From contig OZ024740.1 of assembly GCA_964016885.1 (NCBI GenBank), positions 262,694,001 to 262,758,000 on the forward strand: 64,000 bases of DNA, written 5' to 3'. The position numbers were made by a program, and so were the translations under genes. The notes under the pieces are model-generated. The model was given only the letters and a program-made list of their open reading frames with translations, was not told the origin of the DNA and ran no database searches. The first letter of the stretch is position 1; every line of letters starts with the position of its first letter. The stretch comes from Eledone cirrhosa. Taxonomy: Eukaryota. Of the stretch, positions 37,170 through 51,002 are shown piece after piece.

Positions 37170-37293
37170 GATGACTCTGCTCCCACGATCGTCTCAGGAA
37201 AAAGTGGACGAAGAAGAAGAAGAAGAAGAAGAAGAAGAAGAAGAAGAAGAAGAAGAAGAAGAAGAAGAAGAAGAAGAAGAAGAAGAAGAAGAA
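37170..37293 (+). mobile_element. Very short RTE LINE 3' tip with expanded (GAA)n tail
   Basis: ctctgctcccacgatcgtctcaggaaaaagtggacgaagaag resembles the 3' terminus of the RTE at 56518-56565 (ctctgcctctacgacgctctcaggaacaagtgggtgaagaag). Confidence 0.65.
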
Positions 37294-37856
37294 ATATTCT
37301 TACTGAAACTGTGGAGTGATTATTTCAGGTTTCATAGCTGAATATATTATGGAGATAATATATGCTTACAGCTACAGGGCATTCATAATGCCATAAAATA
37401 CATGAGGCCTAAGGAAGGTTGAGCAGTTGTATGTATGTATTACCTCCAATAAAATGATCTGGTAATGAAACCAGAACGTTCATTATATAACATTGTATAG
37501 TATGATTATGTAACGCAAAGTCACATACATACAGACACAAACACACATACGCACACACACATACATATATTTACATGCATATACATACACATGCATATAT
37601 ACTTGTATATATACACATAAATGCATATATTTAAATATATTATGTATTTGTATTATACAATTATATTATATTTGTATTATATTTGTGATTTTACATTGAA
37701 ATATTCTCATACTTGTAATTGTATAATATTTAATATTACCCACATTTTATATATATGCATATGTATATATGTATATTAATACAATAATATTTATATATAT
37801 ATACACACAAACACATGCACATATATATATATATATATATGCACACACATATACAT

Positions 37857-37929
<73 letters not shown>

Positions 37930-38506
37930 AATATATGTTGTTTAAAACCTGGAGCTCTAAGTAAGTTTATACGAATATTGTTTATTTGTTGGCTCATACA
38001 ATAACTGTTAAGTATATGACTTTTACATGAATTCGCTCACACTATAACAAAAACACATCCTCGTTTTCTCTTTAACATTAATCACCATTTCTTTATAAAC
38101 ATTTCCCATCCAATTGAACTTCATTATAAGTCAAACAAATATATTTCTTTGTTTCTATCTCTCATTCTGTTTGTCGTTTTTCCTCCTCAATTTCACCTCC
38201 TTATTTTCCTTTCCTCCTCGATTTCTCATCCCGCCTTTCCATTTCTGTTTCCACTTTCTAATTTTCCCCTACATCATTATCTGTATTCTTAGTTTCCTTT
38301 CATTGTCCTACACTCATTCTTCACTCTCAAATTAAAACCTATGTACTACCCTTCATTCTTAAAACAAATTTATTTATCTAAATATTTATTTGTTTAAATT
38401 CTACTCAGCAACATATAAACACATTCTTAACATTTAAAACGACCACCCACTTTCAGAATATGTATGCATGTGTATATGTACATGTATATACACACGCACA
38501 CACACA

Positions 38507-38567
<61 letters not shown>

Positions 38568-38593
38568 AGTAAACATGTGAACACATATGTGCA

Positions 38594-38704
<111 letters not shown>

Positions 38705-39000
38705 AAGATCATTCTGTTTGCAGAGGAGATGAGTGGGCGATATGGAGAAGATGAGAGTGTGTGTGTTGAGAGGAGAAACAATCTTTGGTGTTTTTCCCAC
38801 TTATTTTTGAAAATTTGGCAGGTGTTCGGAAAGACAAAATCAGCCTGAAGATGAGAAAGCTATTCACGCCTTTAAATTGCATTGCATGCCGCTTCCGGTA
38901 AAAAGTATATTTTGCTAAATAAGCACAGATTTTGGTTAACTTAGATGGCAACCTTTGAATTCTATGGATATTAAAATATTTTTATTTAAAGTTTTTGTTG

Positions 39001-39065
<65 letters not shown>

Positions 39066-39645
39066 CATATTACTTTTAATATTTTATTTCTGCATAGTTC
39101 GTTTGCTTCATTATTATATTCGCCCTGCGGTCTTTTGTCGTTTTTCTTACATACTCTTTTATTTTATCCTTTTTTCTATCATAGTATCTTCATTATGTTA
39201 TTATTTTCCTTCTTTAACTTTCTCTCTCCCTATCTATCTGTGTTCTGTGTATCTATCTATCTATCCGTCATCTATCTATCTCCCTATCATTCTCTCTATC
39301 TTTCCCCCACTCCTCTATCTCTATCTATTTATCTCTCACTCTCATATATTCATTATTTACTTTCCCTCCTCGATCTTACTGTATTTTCGTTTTTTTTATA
39401 TTTCTTTCCCCATTTAAACTCGAGAAGGAAGCTATTTCAAGAGAAAGCATAATTTAAATCCATATGCTTTCGATTGATATCTGAATCATTCTTCAATGCA
39501 GCGACAGTTAGTAAGATGTACAGAGAGAAAAGAGAAGTAAAACGGATCGCACAACGCACGCGCATTGAAAATCACAATGCGGTATATATTCGTACATACA
39601 TACACACACACACGCACGCACACACTCACACATAGATCCCCCCCC

Positions 39646-39725
<80 letters not shown>

Positions 39726-40079
39726 GGATGTATATATATATATATATATATTTATATAGAGTATTATAGTCATATGTGGGCATATCTCTTTGTATGCGTG
39801 CTTGTGCCTGCTTGTGTGGATACAATAAAGGATACAAATACAAAAAGAACCCCTGAATTTTTTAATCATTATCTTTTCAAATGAAAATATCCAATTTTAG
39901 AACAACTACTGGCAAACAACTCCATGACAAAATATCTCTATATATTAGTTATTTTCCGTACCGAAAATTGTGGTTTCACCTTACTGGATGATGTATACAT
40001 TTCTAGGGAATAACTTATATTCTATTTAATCAAACTCGGTGTATATCTGGTACTGGATTTAGAATGATTGTAGGTGATT

Positions 40080-40123
<44 letters not shown>

Positions 40124-40419
40124 TATGGCATTTCGAGTCACTTTTTTCTATATAAAACAAGTAACATTCAAAGACCAACCAGATGTGAGAAAAACGACAG
40201 ACCCTCCATCTCAACTCACCTTTTGAAAAGCAGAAGAACTGCGAAACAGGTGAAGGAACCAAATAAATATATATTTAAAAAAAAGAAAGGACTCCAGTTG
40301 CATTTTTGATTTCATCTTTGTTCCTTATACTTTCACTCGTGTAGGACACCTCGGTTATTTTTCATTTTGTAAAAAAAACCTCACTTTCTAATATATATAT
40401 ATAGATATATATATATATA

Positions 40420-40545
40420 TTAAAATTTAGGCATAGAATCTCTGCTTTCACCCTGTTCTAGGACCTTCTAAGTTCCAGAAGATCCCGCAATAGGGTGAAA
40501 GCAGCGATTCTTTGCTTAAACTTCAATCTTTATTAGTAATATTCT
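40420..40545 (+). mobile_element. Fold-back PLE tip with CAGAAGA hammerhead (40471-40522)
   Basis: AGTTC-CAGAAGA-TCCCgcaataGGGT-GAAAGCAGCGATTCTTTGC-TT-AAACT, preceded by a diverged inverted copy (40422-40470). TA tracts on both sides. Confidence 0.7.
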
Positions 40546-40558
40546 GGAAGGTTTATAT

Positions 40559-40593
<35 letters not shown>

Positions 40594-41017
40594 GGTAAAC
40601 GGAATAGAAAATGCTGACAAATTGTTCACAGTTGAAAAATGGTTTAATTAGGAATAAAAGAGTATTAGTGATTGTATGGGTTAGTATTCAGTTGTGGTTT
40701 TAAGTTTTTAAGTTTTTACCGGTTGCGCATTTCTAAATGCTTTTCAAAAATAATTTTGAGATAGAGTGTCCGTGCTGTTTGCTCTGATCTGATTAGTTTT
40801 GGGAATTCTACCTGTTTTTATGTTAAAAAAATGGCTCCAGCGTTATTTTTGTGTTGTAAAAATGCTTGTGGTCAAAACAATTTTGATTGGTCGGTAGAGG
40901 TCATGTGAATGTAAAAAGTTGATTTTTTAAAAATTTTTTTTAAATTTTTTTAAAATTTTCTGAAAATGGCGTAGGATAGAAGAAAGGAAAGGCACAGAAA
41001 CGAAGAAAGAAATCCCC

Positions 41018-41062
41018 AGTCACTGAAGAGGTCACAGAGTGTGTGACGAAAGAACTATGACT
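41018..41062 (+). ncRNA. Canonical-core minimal type I hammerhead
   Basis: AGTCA-CTGAAGA-G-GTCACAgagtgTGTGAC-GAAAG-AA-CTA-TGACT. Perfect 5-bp stem I, 6-bp stem II. It lies in the repeat 40960-41218, which ends at (TA)n. Confidence 0.8.
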
Positions 41063-41213
41063 ATATATATATAAACAACTATCTGGTTGTGGAACCAACC
41101 AACCAACCAGAAATTTATAAATTTGTAAATTTATAAATATATATTAAATTAAATTGAAGTGAAAGCAACTGGTGCGTGTGTTTCTTATTGGCAACATGAC
41201 CCTCCCAAAGTAT

Positions 41214-41259
<46 letters not shown>

Positions 41260-41262
<3 letters not shown>

Positions 41263-43650
41263 AGAGTATTGAAGTTTGCTTGAAGCATTGTGGAATAATA
41301 AGTAAATATCTTTAAGTCGTTTGGAAGCCTCGACAATGCAAATGGGTAAATCTCCGGGTAACAAGATCCGGTGGTGGAGAGAGAGATGTATGTGGGTGTA
41401 CGTTGAGATGCGTGGTGTGTATAAGACGTGTAGAAGAATGAAGGAAAGAGTATAAAGGATAAAATTAAAATAACAACACGAGAGAGAGTTACATTGGGAG
41501 TGATTTAATTGTCCCTATATATTTCGGATTCACATCCATCAACTGGGGGTTTTTTCCGGGGTGGGGGAAAGTTTGTCTGACGGAAAGGTGCGAAACGCGT
41601 CCTCCGCTGTTTGTTGTTTTGAATATCTGAGGTATTCAGCAGAGCGCGCGTGCACGTGAAATGGGGTCGGTCGGGCAGAGGTCAGCGGCCGAATGAGGGA
41701 GTGAGGTGGCGCTAGCTGTCAGTCCATTCTCTGCCTGTTTGTTAAATGTTGCTGTGTGTGTGTGTGTGTGTGTTGTTGTCTCGCTTGAGTGTGTGTGTGT
41801 GCGTGTGTTGTTGCCTTGTTCCTCTGTATTGGCAGTGTAGTATGTTCGTATGGTGGAATGCTACTGTGTGTGTGCGTGTGCGTGTGTAGTTGTCTCGTTT
41901 GTGTGTGTGTTTGTGCGTGTGTTGCTGCATCGTTTGTTAACTTAAACCAGCCATCTCATTTCGCTTCTCTCGGATCGATTGTTTATTTGCGGTTGCAGGC
42001 GTTTGATACAAAACGCTTCCTTGATACGTAACGTGCCGACGTTTCTTTCAGTCGCTAGAATTGTGACAATGGGCCTTCCGTCTTTGTTTCCGCATTTGTC
42101 TATGTGTTTCCGGAAAGACGAGGCCCTGGTTTTAGTGTGTTCCTTGATCCGGATGTGCAAAGATCGGATTAGGCTACCCATGTAGTATTGGTTGCATCTG
42201 TCACATTCTATCTTATACACGACGTATGTGCGTAGGCAACAGTTCGTATGGCGTATCGGGCAGTCACTGAGGTAGCATGCGTCAGTAGATTTCCCGGGTT
42301 TCCTGGAGAGGCATCTTCGCAGGGAGGGGCCAGGTGGATATCGAGGCCCTCTCTCCGTATAGCCTTGCGCATAGCGTTGGTGGTATTCTCGCCCAGGTGT
42401 GGCATTTTAAGGAAGCACTTGCCTTGGGTGCCTCTCTGTCTCTTGTGTCTGGTGTCTCCTATTCTGTCTGTGAGCGAGGTAGGGTACCCGTTCGTCACCA
42501 GCACCTCGAGGAATCGCTTGGTATGTGTGACACCACTCGTGGGATCGCTGCATCTGATTTTGATTCGCGCGATCTCGTTCGTGATGTATCCTCTTTTGGC
42601 ATTGTTAGGGATGGTGGACTTGTAGTGAACGAACAGGTCCCTGCAGGCTGCCTTTCGGTAGAAGTTGCAGTGGATCCTTCCCTGTTCCGTGATGTTGATT
42701 CGGAAGTCGAGGAGGGCAAGTGACCCGTCTTCGTTGGGGTGTTCAACACTGAAGTCAATGTTCTCGTCCGTGTTGTTGAACGTCTCATAGATTCTGTACA
42801 CCGTGTCTTGGGAAGATGTGAGGATTAGGATATCGTCCACATACCTTGAGAATAAGGCTACGGCGTTGGGGTGGCAGGCGTTGAGTGCCTTGCGTTCGAG
42901 GTTGTCCATGTAAGAGATCGCTAGCACACCTGACAGGCTTGATCCCATGGGCAATCCCGAGGTTTGTTGGTATGTTTGGTCAAGGAATCCGAAGTAGGTG
43001 TTGTCGACGACGATGGATAGGAGTTGGTGGATGTCAGTGGTGGTGAGCCCGAAGCAGTGTAGGTCGGTGGATTGGACGCGTTCCATCAGTATATTGACGG
43101 CCGGGAGTGCCGGGACCGAGGTGTAGAGAGCGACTACATCAAGGCTGAAGGCATATCTGTTATTCCTTCAGGTGTCGGGATCCATTTGATGCAGGCGCTT
43201 CAACACCTCATCGGAGCTGTTAACGTGTCCCGGCAAGGTGTCTAAGATCGGTTTGAGTATTCTGGCTAGGAGCCATGAAATTTTGTAGAGTGGTCCCTCC
43301 ACGCTCGATACGATGGGCCTGATCTTCAGGTCGGGTCCCTGTTTGTGTGTTGTCACGAGGTGGTAGAAGGCGGGTAGTCTGCTGTTCCTCGTGAGGAGGT
43401 TGTATCTCAGCTTCTTCGGGAGCTTCCGCCGGTCGCAGATGTTGGTCCAGGCGGCGTTGATGTACTCTTCTATCTGCGCAGGAGTGATTCCCGTGACTTT
43501 GGAGTAGAGGTTGTCATCGTCAAGGTGTTGGAGGGCTAGGGTGTTGTAGGCCTCTCTGCTGATGACGCAGAATTTTTTTCCCTTGTCGGAGGGAGATAGA
43601 TGAGATTCTTCGATTTTAGGTTGGAGAGAGTGGTGAGTTGAGATTTGGTG
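41260..43650 (-). mobile_element. Penelope-like element (canonical C-terminal EN type), RT + GIY-YIG, frameshifted
   Basis: DKG..F.VI, RPIVSSVEGP, FSLDVVALYTSVP, GLPMGSSLSGVLA, RYVDDILI, LALLD, YRK, VYKIECDRC..YYMGS..R.LHIRIKEH. Confidence 0.92.
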
Positions 43651-43689
43651 AGGTTATGTGTTGTGTGTGTGTGTGTGTGTTTGTGAAGT

Positions 43690-45065
43690 ATATCCTCACA
43701 TCTTCCCAAGACACGGCGAACAGAATCTATGAGACGTTCAACAACACGGACGAGAACATTGACTTCAGTGTTGAACACCCCAACGAAGACGGGTCACTTG
43801 CCCTCCTCGACTTCCGAATCAACATCACGGAACAGGGAAGGATCCAGGTGCTGGTGACGAACGGGTACCCTACCTCGCTCACAGACAGAATAGGAGACAC
43901 CAGACACAAGAGACAGAGAGGCACCCAAGGCAAGTGCTTCCTTAAAATGCCACACCTGGGCGAGAATACCACCAACGCTATTCGCAAGGCTATACGGAGG
44001 GAGGGCCTCGACATGCACCTGGCCCACTCGGGCCCCTCCCTGCGAAGATGCCTCTCCAGGAAACCCGGGAAATCTACTGACGCATGCTCCCTCAGTGACT
44101 GCCCGATACGCCATACGAACTGTTGCCTACGCACATCGTCGTGTATGAGATAGAATGTGACAGGTGCAACCAATACTACGTGGGTAGCACAATCCGACCT
44201 TTGCACATCCGGATCAAGGAACATACTAAAACCAGGGACTCGTCTTTCCGGAAACACTTAGACAAATCCGAAAACAAAGACCGAAGGCCCATTGTCACAA
44301 TTCTAGCGACTGATAGAAACGTCGGCACGTTACTTATCAAGGAAGCGCTTTTTATCAAACGCCTACAACCGCAAATAAACAATCGATCCGAGAGAAGCGA
44401 AATGAGATGGCTGGTTTAAGTTAACAAACGATGCAGCAACACACGAACACACACACACAAACGAGACAACTACACACGCACACGCACACCCACACAGTAG
44501 CATTCCACCATACGAACATACTACACTGCCAATACAGAGGAACAAGGCAACAACACACGCACACACACACACACACTCAAGCGAGACAATAACACACGCA
44601 CACACACACACACAGTAACATTTAACAAACAGGCAGAGAATGGACTGACAGCTAGTGCCACCCCACTCCCTTATTCGGCCGCTAACCTCTGCCCGACCGA
44701 CCCCATTTCACGTGCACGCGCGCTCTGCTGAATCCCTCAGATATTCAAAACAACAAACAGTGGAGGACGCGTTTCGCACCTTTCCGTCAGACAAACTTTC
44801 ACCCTACCCGGAAAAAAAACCCAGTTGATGGATGTGAATCCGAAATATATAGGGACAATTAAATCTCTCCCAAGATAACTCTCTCTCGTGTTGTTATTTT
44901 TAATTTATCCTTTATACTCTTTCCTTCATTCTTCTACACGTCTTATACACACCACACATCTCAACGTACACCCACTTACATCTCTCTCTCCACCACGGGA
45001 TCTTGTTACCCGGAGATTTACCCATTTGCATTGTCGAGGCTTCCAAACGACTTAAAGATATTTAC
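43690..45065 (+). mobile_element. Inverted partial copy (pseudo-LTR) of the preceding PLE
   Basis: Reverse complement of 41302-42833 with scattered substitutions and a ~170-bp internal deletion. GIY-YIG ORF at 44123-44419. Ends at (TA)n. Confidence 0.92.
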
Positions 45066-45153
45066 ATATATATATATATACATATATAGTGCAAATTTAT
45101 ACGGGAACAAAACAGAGAGGCAGACAAATAAAGGTTTATAAATATATACACAC

Positions 45154-45210
<57 letters not shown>

Positions 45211-45415
45211 AGTAAAATCCCGACGCAGCACTAACCAGTTTCAACTTGTGTTTCATACAAACCGAAACTGTCTGGTTCTGTGGCCGGGATTTTACCTATC
45301 TCTATACCCACTCACCATCTTGTGATGCATTGAGTACTGCCATGAGTAGTGGTCTCCCCCGTCTCAGCACCACAGGCTCCTTCATACACACACAGGCTTC
45401 CACTTTCTCTCTCTC
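45211..45415 (+). mobile_element. Miniature fold-back element plus tail
   Basis: gtaaaatcccg...cagtttc pairs with gaaactg...cgggattttac (45212-45295). The tail contains acccactc...attgagtact, like the tail at 22622. Confidence 0.55.
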
Positions 45416-45691
45416 TGTATATATATATATATATATATATCTATATATATATATATATTAATGAAAGTATAGAAATTATTGTGAGCCAACAGTATTTCAT
45501 AATATATAAGTGACTATAACGTCAACATGGAAAAAATAGTTAACGTAAGATGTGGGAAAATAATTCAAATTCAATTTTAAAAAATCAAGACATTGGCTTA
45601 TCCACAGAATTTTGTGAAATCCATGAAAAAGCAATCGAGCCTTAATTCAGAATAAAATAAAGTCTAAATACTCATCCTACAATTTGGAAAA

Positions 45692-45723
<32 letters not shown>

Positions 45724-46049
45724 CATATATATATATATACATTTTTATATATGATATATATTATATATCATATATAGAAATGACTTCTACATGACTCAAA
45801 CTGTTTCAGTCCTATGAAATGATCAGTTCTCATCCTGTTGAATTTATTTCTCTATACAACTGCTAATAGACATGTTCAACATTCGGCCGCCCTTTTAGAT
45901 TTGTTTCCAATAATATATTAACAAATGACGGTTTCATACCCAAACTTAGTTTATGTTGATAGTATTCATGTCATTGTTTTCATCAGTATCTAAAATAAGC
46001 ATCGTTTGCTTAACGTTTCTACTAGCACCATTAAAATAATTTCATTATA

Positions 46050-46142
46050 TTTTTGCCTTTCATCCTTACGGGGTCGATAAAATAAAGTACCAGTAATGCA
46101 CTGGATAATTGCTGGTCTTGTGCCTAAAGTAGAAACAATTAT
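46050..46142 (+). mobile_element. SINE 3' half
   Basis: tttgcctttcatccttacggggtcgataaaataaagtaccagtaatgcactgg...gtagaaacaattat, near-identical to 31307-31398. Confidence 0.85.
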
Positions 46143-46774
46143 ATTTATGACAATGCAGAAACGCATTAATTCTTTGTTACCTGCATTAATTCTTTGTTAC
46201 CGTTCCGATCTATCAGCAGGATCTAAAAGTATATCCGAAGTGGAATCCGGATTTTGGCATATAAAATTCTGTTTTCCCCTTTTCTCTTCCATTTGAGAAA
46301 AGCCGTTTATCGCAGAAAGCTAACCAACTTTTGTGGACAGATAATATTTATTTAGTTATATTTTTGTAGCACCTGTTTTAGCACCATAACAAATAATTGT
46401 GTGGACAATGCTGTCCGCGGTTGGGCTGCTCAGATACCTAACTCTCCACCGAAATACAGTCTCTGAAAATGAAAATATGTCATGATTAGAGTCTACTCGC
46501 TTTATGTGCAGATTTCTGACATTGTGCTTCCAACAGGGTATTTCTTCACACGTCGTCATACCTCTATCACCATGGATTTGCAAAAGTACAAACAAATCTA
46601 GGAATTGTTTGAGGGACATCTGTACATTTTTAGATTTAAGTGCCAAACGCTTGTACCATATATTTACTAATCTCTCGGTCTATATATAACAGACTCCACT
46701 GACATGTATTAACAGGATGATTGGTGTTATACCACACACATACATTGCTGGTTTTACTATGGATTGGGGGTATA

Positions 46775-46865
46775 ATGTTTTGCAATAATTTGTTACGAAA
46801 TTCTGCGTTCTGAGTTCAAATCTCGCCGAGGTCAACTTTACCGTGCTTCCTTCAAGGGTCGTTAT
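46775..46865 (+). mobile_element. SINE 5' part with B box
   Basis: cgttctgagttcaaatctcgccgaggtcaacttt...ccttcaagggtcg. Confidence 0.65.
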
Positions 46866-47270
46866 TTTCACCCTATGGTTGAGTTTCGTGTTAATTGTCA
46901 AATAAAAATCTAAAGTATTTTCCGAATATAGTCTGAACATTATTTGTTCAATGAACCACAGATTAAAAAGATCAAGTAGGGATTCTGATTGTCTTTACCC
47001 ATGTCACTATATTCTTGAGAGAAAGTAGCCATGGGGCCATTTTAAAATCGGGGTGAGTGGGTAGCACATTCCTTAGAGAAGTGTGCGTAATATAATTGTC
47101 CGATGGTGAAAGTTCTGCTCATTAAGTTCTTTCAGCAAAATAGATAAAATTGAATCACCAGCTTTAAACAAATATATTGTAAACGTATTATTTTCACAGA
47201 CCTGACATCTACGCACTCTCACGTTGTTAAACAAAGTTATATACATACATATATATATCTATATATATAT

Positions 47271-47503
47271 AAGTGGTAAGACAACAGTTAGTTCACCATA
47301 CCTAGAACAATTGTTTCACCTTAGCGGATCCTCAGCAGGACTGGTCATGGTTATCCCGTATAACCATGACCAGTCCGAGCTGAACATCCGCTAAAGTGAA
47401 ACAATTGTTCTCGGTATGGTGAACTAACTGTTGTGTTACCACTTCTACCTAACTCATCCCATGGACTGAGTGATCTACCACTACGGATATTACCTTCCAG
47501 TGT

Positions 47504-47510
<7 letters not shown>
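47271..47510 (+). mobile_element. Fold-back element with a hammerhead in each arm, plus tail
   Basis: Inverted arms of ~85 bp (47271-47444) around cccgt. Right arm: CCGAG-CTGAACA-TCCGCTAAAGT-GAAAC-AATT-GTT-CTCGG (47375-47414). Left arm (minus) retains CTGAGGA. Confidence 0.8.
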
Positions 47511-47559
<49 letters not shown>

Positions 47560-47591
47560 TCTCTCTCTCTCTCTCTCTCTGTATATATATC

Positions 47592-47625
<34 letters not shown>

Positions 47626-47629
47626 AAAC

Positions 47630-50600
47630 AATACAATATAACTACCTCATTACCAGAGGTTTGCCGAATAAAACGAATACAAGAAACGTCCGCATTCGTT
47701 CGTCAGACAAGGCAATTTAAAACAGGGAAATATTTGAAAAATCTCCTCAAGAAAGGCAAACGTTTAACGGGCAAATAAGATATATAAATAAAAGTAATGC
47801 AAGAGATATATAAAAATAAAATATGGAAATGTAGTAAGGTTATGTGAATAAATGTGTGTATATGCACCTAAAAATGTACATATGTGTGTATGTACAAATG
47901 CATGAGTATAGTGAAAAAATGTGTGCCTAAGTACATACATGAGGGCAAGCTTATCAGTGTATGTGTGACCACAAATACGTATATAATATATGTTGAAAGA
48001 GGAATTGTAAGATAATAGAGTTAGCATACATACAGACTCAGGGATTAAGAATTGAAATATATACACATACAAGGATGAAAGGACGCACGCGTATAAACAG
48101 ACACACACGCACAACCACATACATGTATGTGATATATACAGGGAAGGGAGTGTATCAGTCAAAGCAGTGTCAGACGACTGAAGGTCGATACAGATATAAA
48201 AATATAAAATATCAAAAATTAATGAAATAATATATAAGAATAAAAATTAAGTCAAAGAGAAAGTAAGAGGGAGGGGTTATGAATTATAAAGTAACACTAG
48301 AAAAAATAAATAAAAAGTAGAAAACATATATATATATACGTACACACAAAAACACATACATGCGTACATACATACAAAAACACGCATACATACACACGAT
48401 ACACATATATATACATACATGTACATCTAATCACACGCACGCGACCATATATATATATATATATATATATAAGTATGTAAAACACATAGATGTAAAAGCA
48501 CACATACACACACACAGATATACACATACACGCGCATATACGAATGCATTAGTATACACATACAAACAAGTATACACATATATGCACACATACACCCATA
48601 CATACATATATAAAATAAAAACCAGCCGTATGAATAAATGGGTACAGATTATACGCAAGTAAACATACATAAAAGCGGCTGAGGGACAAGAAAGAGAATA
48701 TATCTGGAATTTGAAAACACAAGTGACAGTGATATCGGGTACTGAATGAAAAGGGGGAAGTAAAATATGTAAAATTGTGAAAATATAAAGTGAGTCAAAT
48801 AGTAGAGGGAGGGGGGGTGTCCCTAGTGGATGGGAAGTAAAAATAAAATTAAAAATATAAATAAAAGTAAATCAGAAAGAGAAGTCTGTAAAGAAGGTAA
48901 GTTAATGAAAGTGAAGAACAAGAGTTTATGGAGGATAAGTATCTGAATGTGAGTTAAGTTTATATGAGCTGGAAAGCAAGTGTGATTTCATGTGTGAGCA
49001 ACTGGTGAAAATTTCTGTTTTTGCATTTAGGCAGGATTTTGGTGATTTAACGTTCTGTAAAATCCAATATTTTTCACTTATGCAGAGTGCGCATCTTCTT
49101 GTTCCTCTTGCATATTCTTTAGATTGGTTCAAAATTGACCAATCTAATTCATATTGGAAACCTTGGTCTTTCAAATCCCATATTCTGCTACCCAGAGCTG
49201 TTGTAAATCTTTTTTCAGGATGTCGAAAAGATGCAACTTGTGAGTAATAACGCGTTTTGAATTTGTCTTGTGTCATACCCACATATCGTTCGCTGGTGGG
49301 TGGTAGGTTGTTGCTGGTGGTTATCACTTTAACCTCATATACAATGGTGTTGCATTTAGCTTGTAATGGACATTCACCTTTGACTCTATAGGAGCAATTT
49401 TGATGTTCTCTGGGTATTTTCTTACTGAGGATATAAGATTTAATAGGGGGACTGCAGGAATAGATGATTTTGAAACAGTTTCTATTGAAGATCTTATAGT
49501 ATCTATGTGTTCTAGGGAAATGTTTATCTAAGGACTCTAGCAATTTTTTGCCTACATTAGTTTTAACTGCTAAAGAGTAAGGGGGTGTGAACCATATTAT
49601 TTTTCTTTTCCTATTATTATGTTTAAAGGAATTAGTATTGTTGTGTATGTACTTAATCAGTTCGCTAAATCCGCTATTTTTAAGGGGGATGCCTTATTGA
49701 AAATAGCTTCTGAGGAAGGGAAGGTGGAGATCCTACGGCTAATGTTAGGGATAAGACTTTTAAAAACTATAGGAGGATGGCAAGAGCCTTTATTTATATA
49801 TTTTAAATTTTCATTAGGTTTATGGTCCGGTTTATAAGAAGCAGTAAGCATATCTAGGTTTATATCTAGAAAATTAACATTAGAAAGGTTAGTGTCAATG
49901 GTAATTTTAAGATTTAAATTAGCGAAGGTTTTTATTAAGTCTTTCCTGAATCTATCTAAGTTATGGCCTATAGTGGGATGGGAAGTATTAGACCATCGTC
50001 ACGATAAAGCCCAAATGTATGGTTAGGGAATTTTTCTTTAAGTGTGTGTAGGAGGAATAGGCCGACTAAATCACACACGTCAGCACTGTCAAAAGAACCC
50101 ATTGAGACATCGAATGGGTTCTCTGGGTTAGATTTTTTTACCCAAGTGTCCTTATTAGTAAACAGTAAGGTGTTTCTCGCATGCAAAATGACATTCTTTT
50201 CAATATCAAAAATATTGCTAAACTTTCTAGCAAAATGTAATGCTTTCGTTAAAAGAGGGTGAGTAATAGACGGGTAGAAGTCTACAATGTCAAATTGGGT
50301 GAATCTAGAAGTATTTTTATCTTTAATATTATTAAACCAATGTACTACAGAAGAAGTATTTATCCATTGGAGTAATTCAGACTTACTTCTAATATGTTTG
50401 TTTATATTATTTAATATTTTTTTTGCTAGCAAGGCATATTTCAGTCTTAGTAGGGTTGATTAATCTACAACTAGGACGATTAATAAAATCAGGTTTGTGA
50501 TCTTTGAGGGTGATATAGGCATTACGTTTAGCAAGTTTTTCTGTTCTATTGTCTATTTAAAAAAAAACTAGCTAATTTGTTGGCTTCCTTATTAATAGTA

Positions 50601-51002
50601 TTATATGTGTTTATATTAGCTATTTGGTATTTAGATGTAATGTTATCTGTTAAGAGTTGGTCATGTAAGTTATTATTAACTTCGTATATGTTTTTATTTT
50701 TATCAGAGAAAATGAACTTATTTTTAGAAGATTTGAATATTGAAATATCGTTAGAGAGTTTAGATTGAAAAGGGTGAGAGTACTTACGGAATTTGATTTG
50801 GTTGATCAAATTAACTAAGTCTAGTTCAAAAGCGGTCATATTTTTTACTCTTTGCAGGTATTTATGAGACTTGATATCAAAATATTCTGTAGAGTCCGTG
50901 ATAAAGTGTTCATCGAAAATCAAAGCTTTCCATCTCATTCTTTTAACAACTTTCTCTACTTTGCCGATCAATATTTTAGTGTAGGAAGTGTTAGAAGGTG
51001 TT

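Noticed and set aside
46356-46646. 96-aa ORF with an intron-like GTATGA...TTTTCATTTTCAG segment
   Set aside because: No recognisable domain in any frame, spliced or unspliced, so it cannot be supported as a gene.
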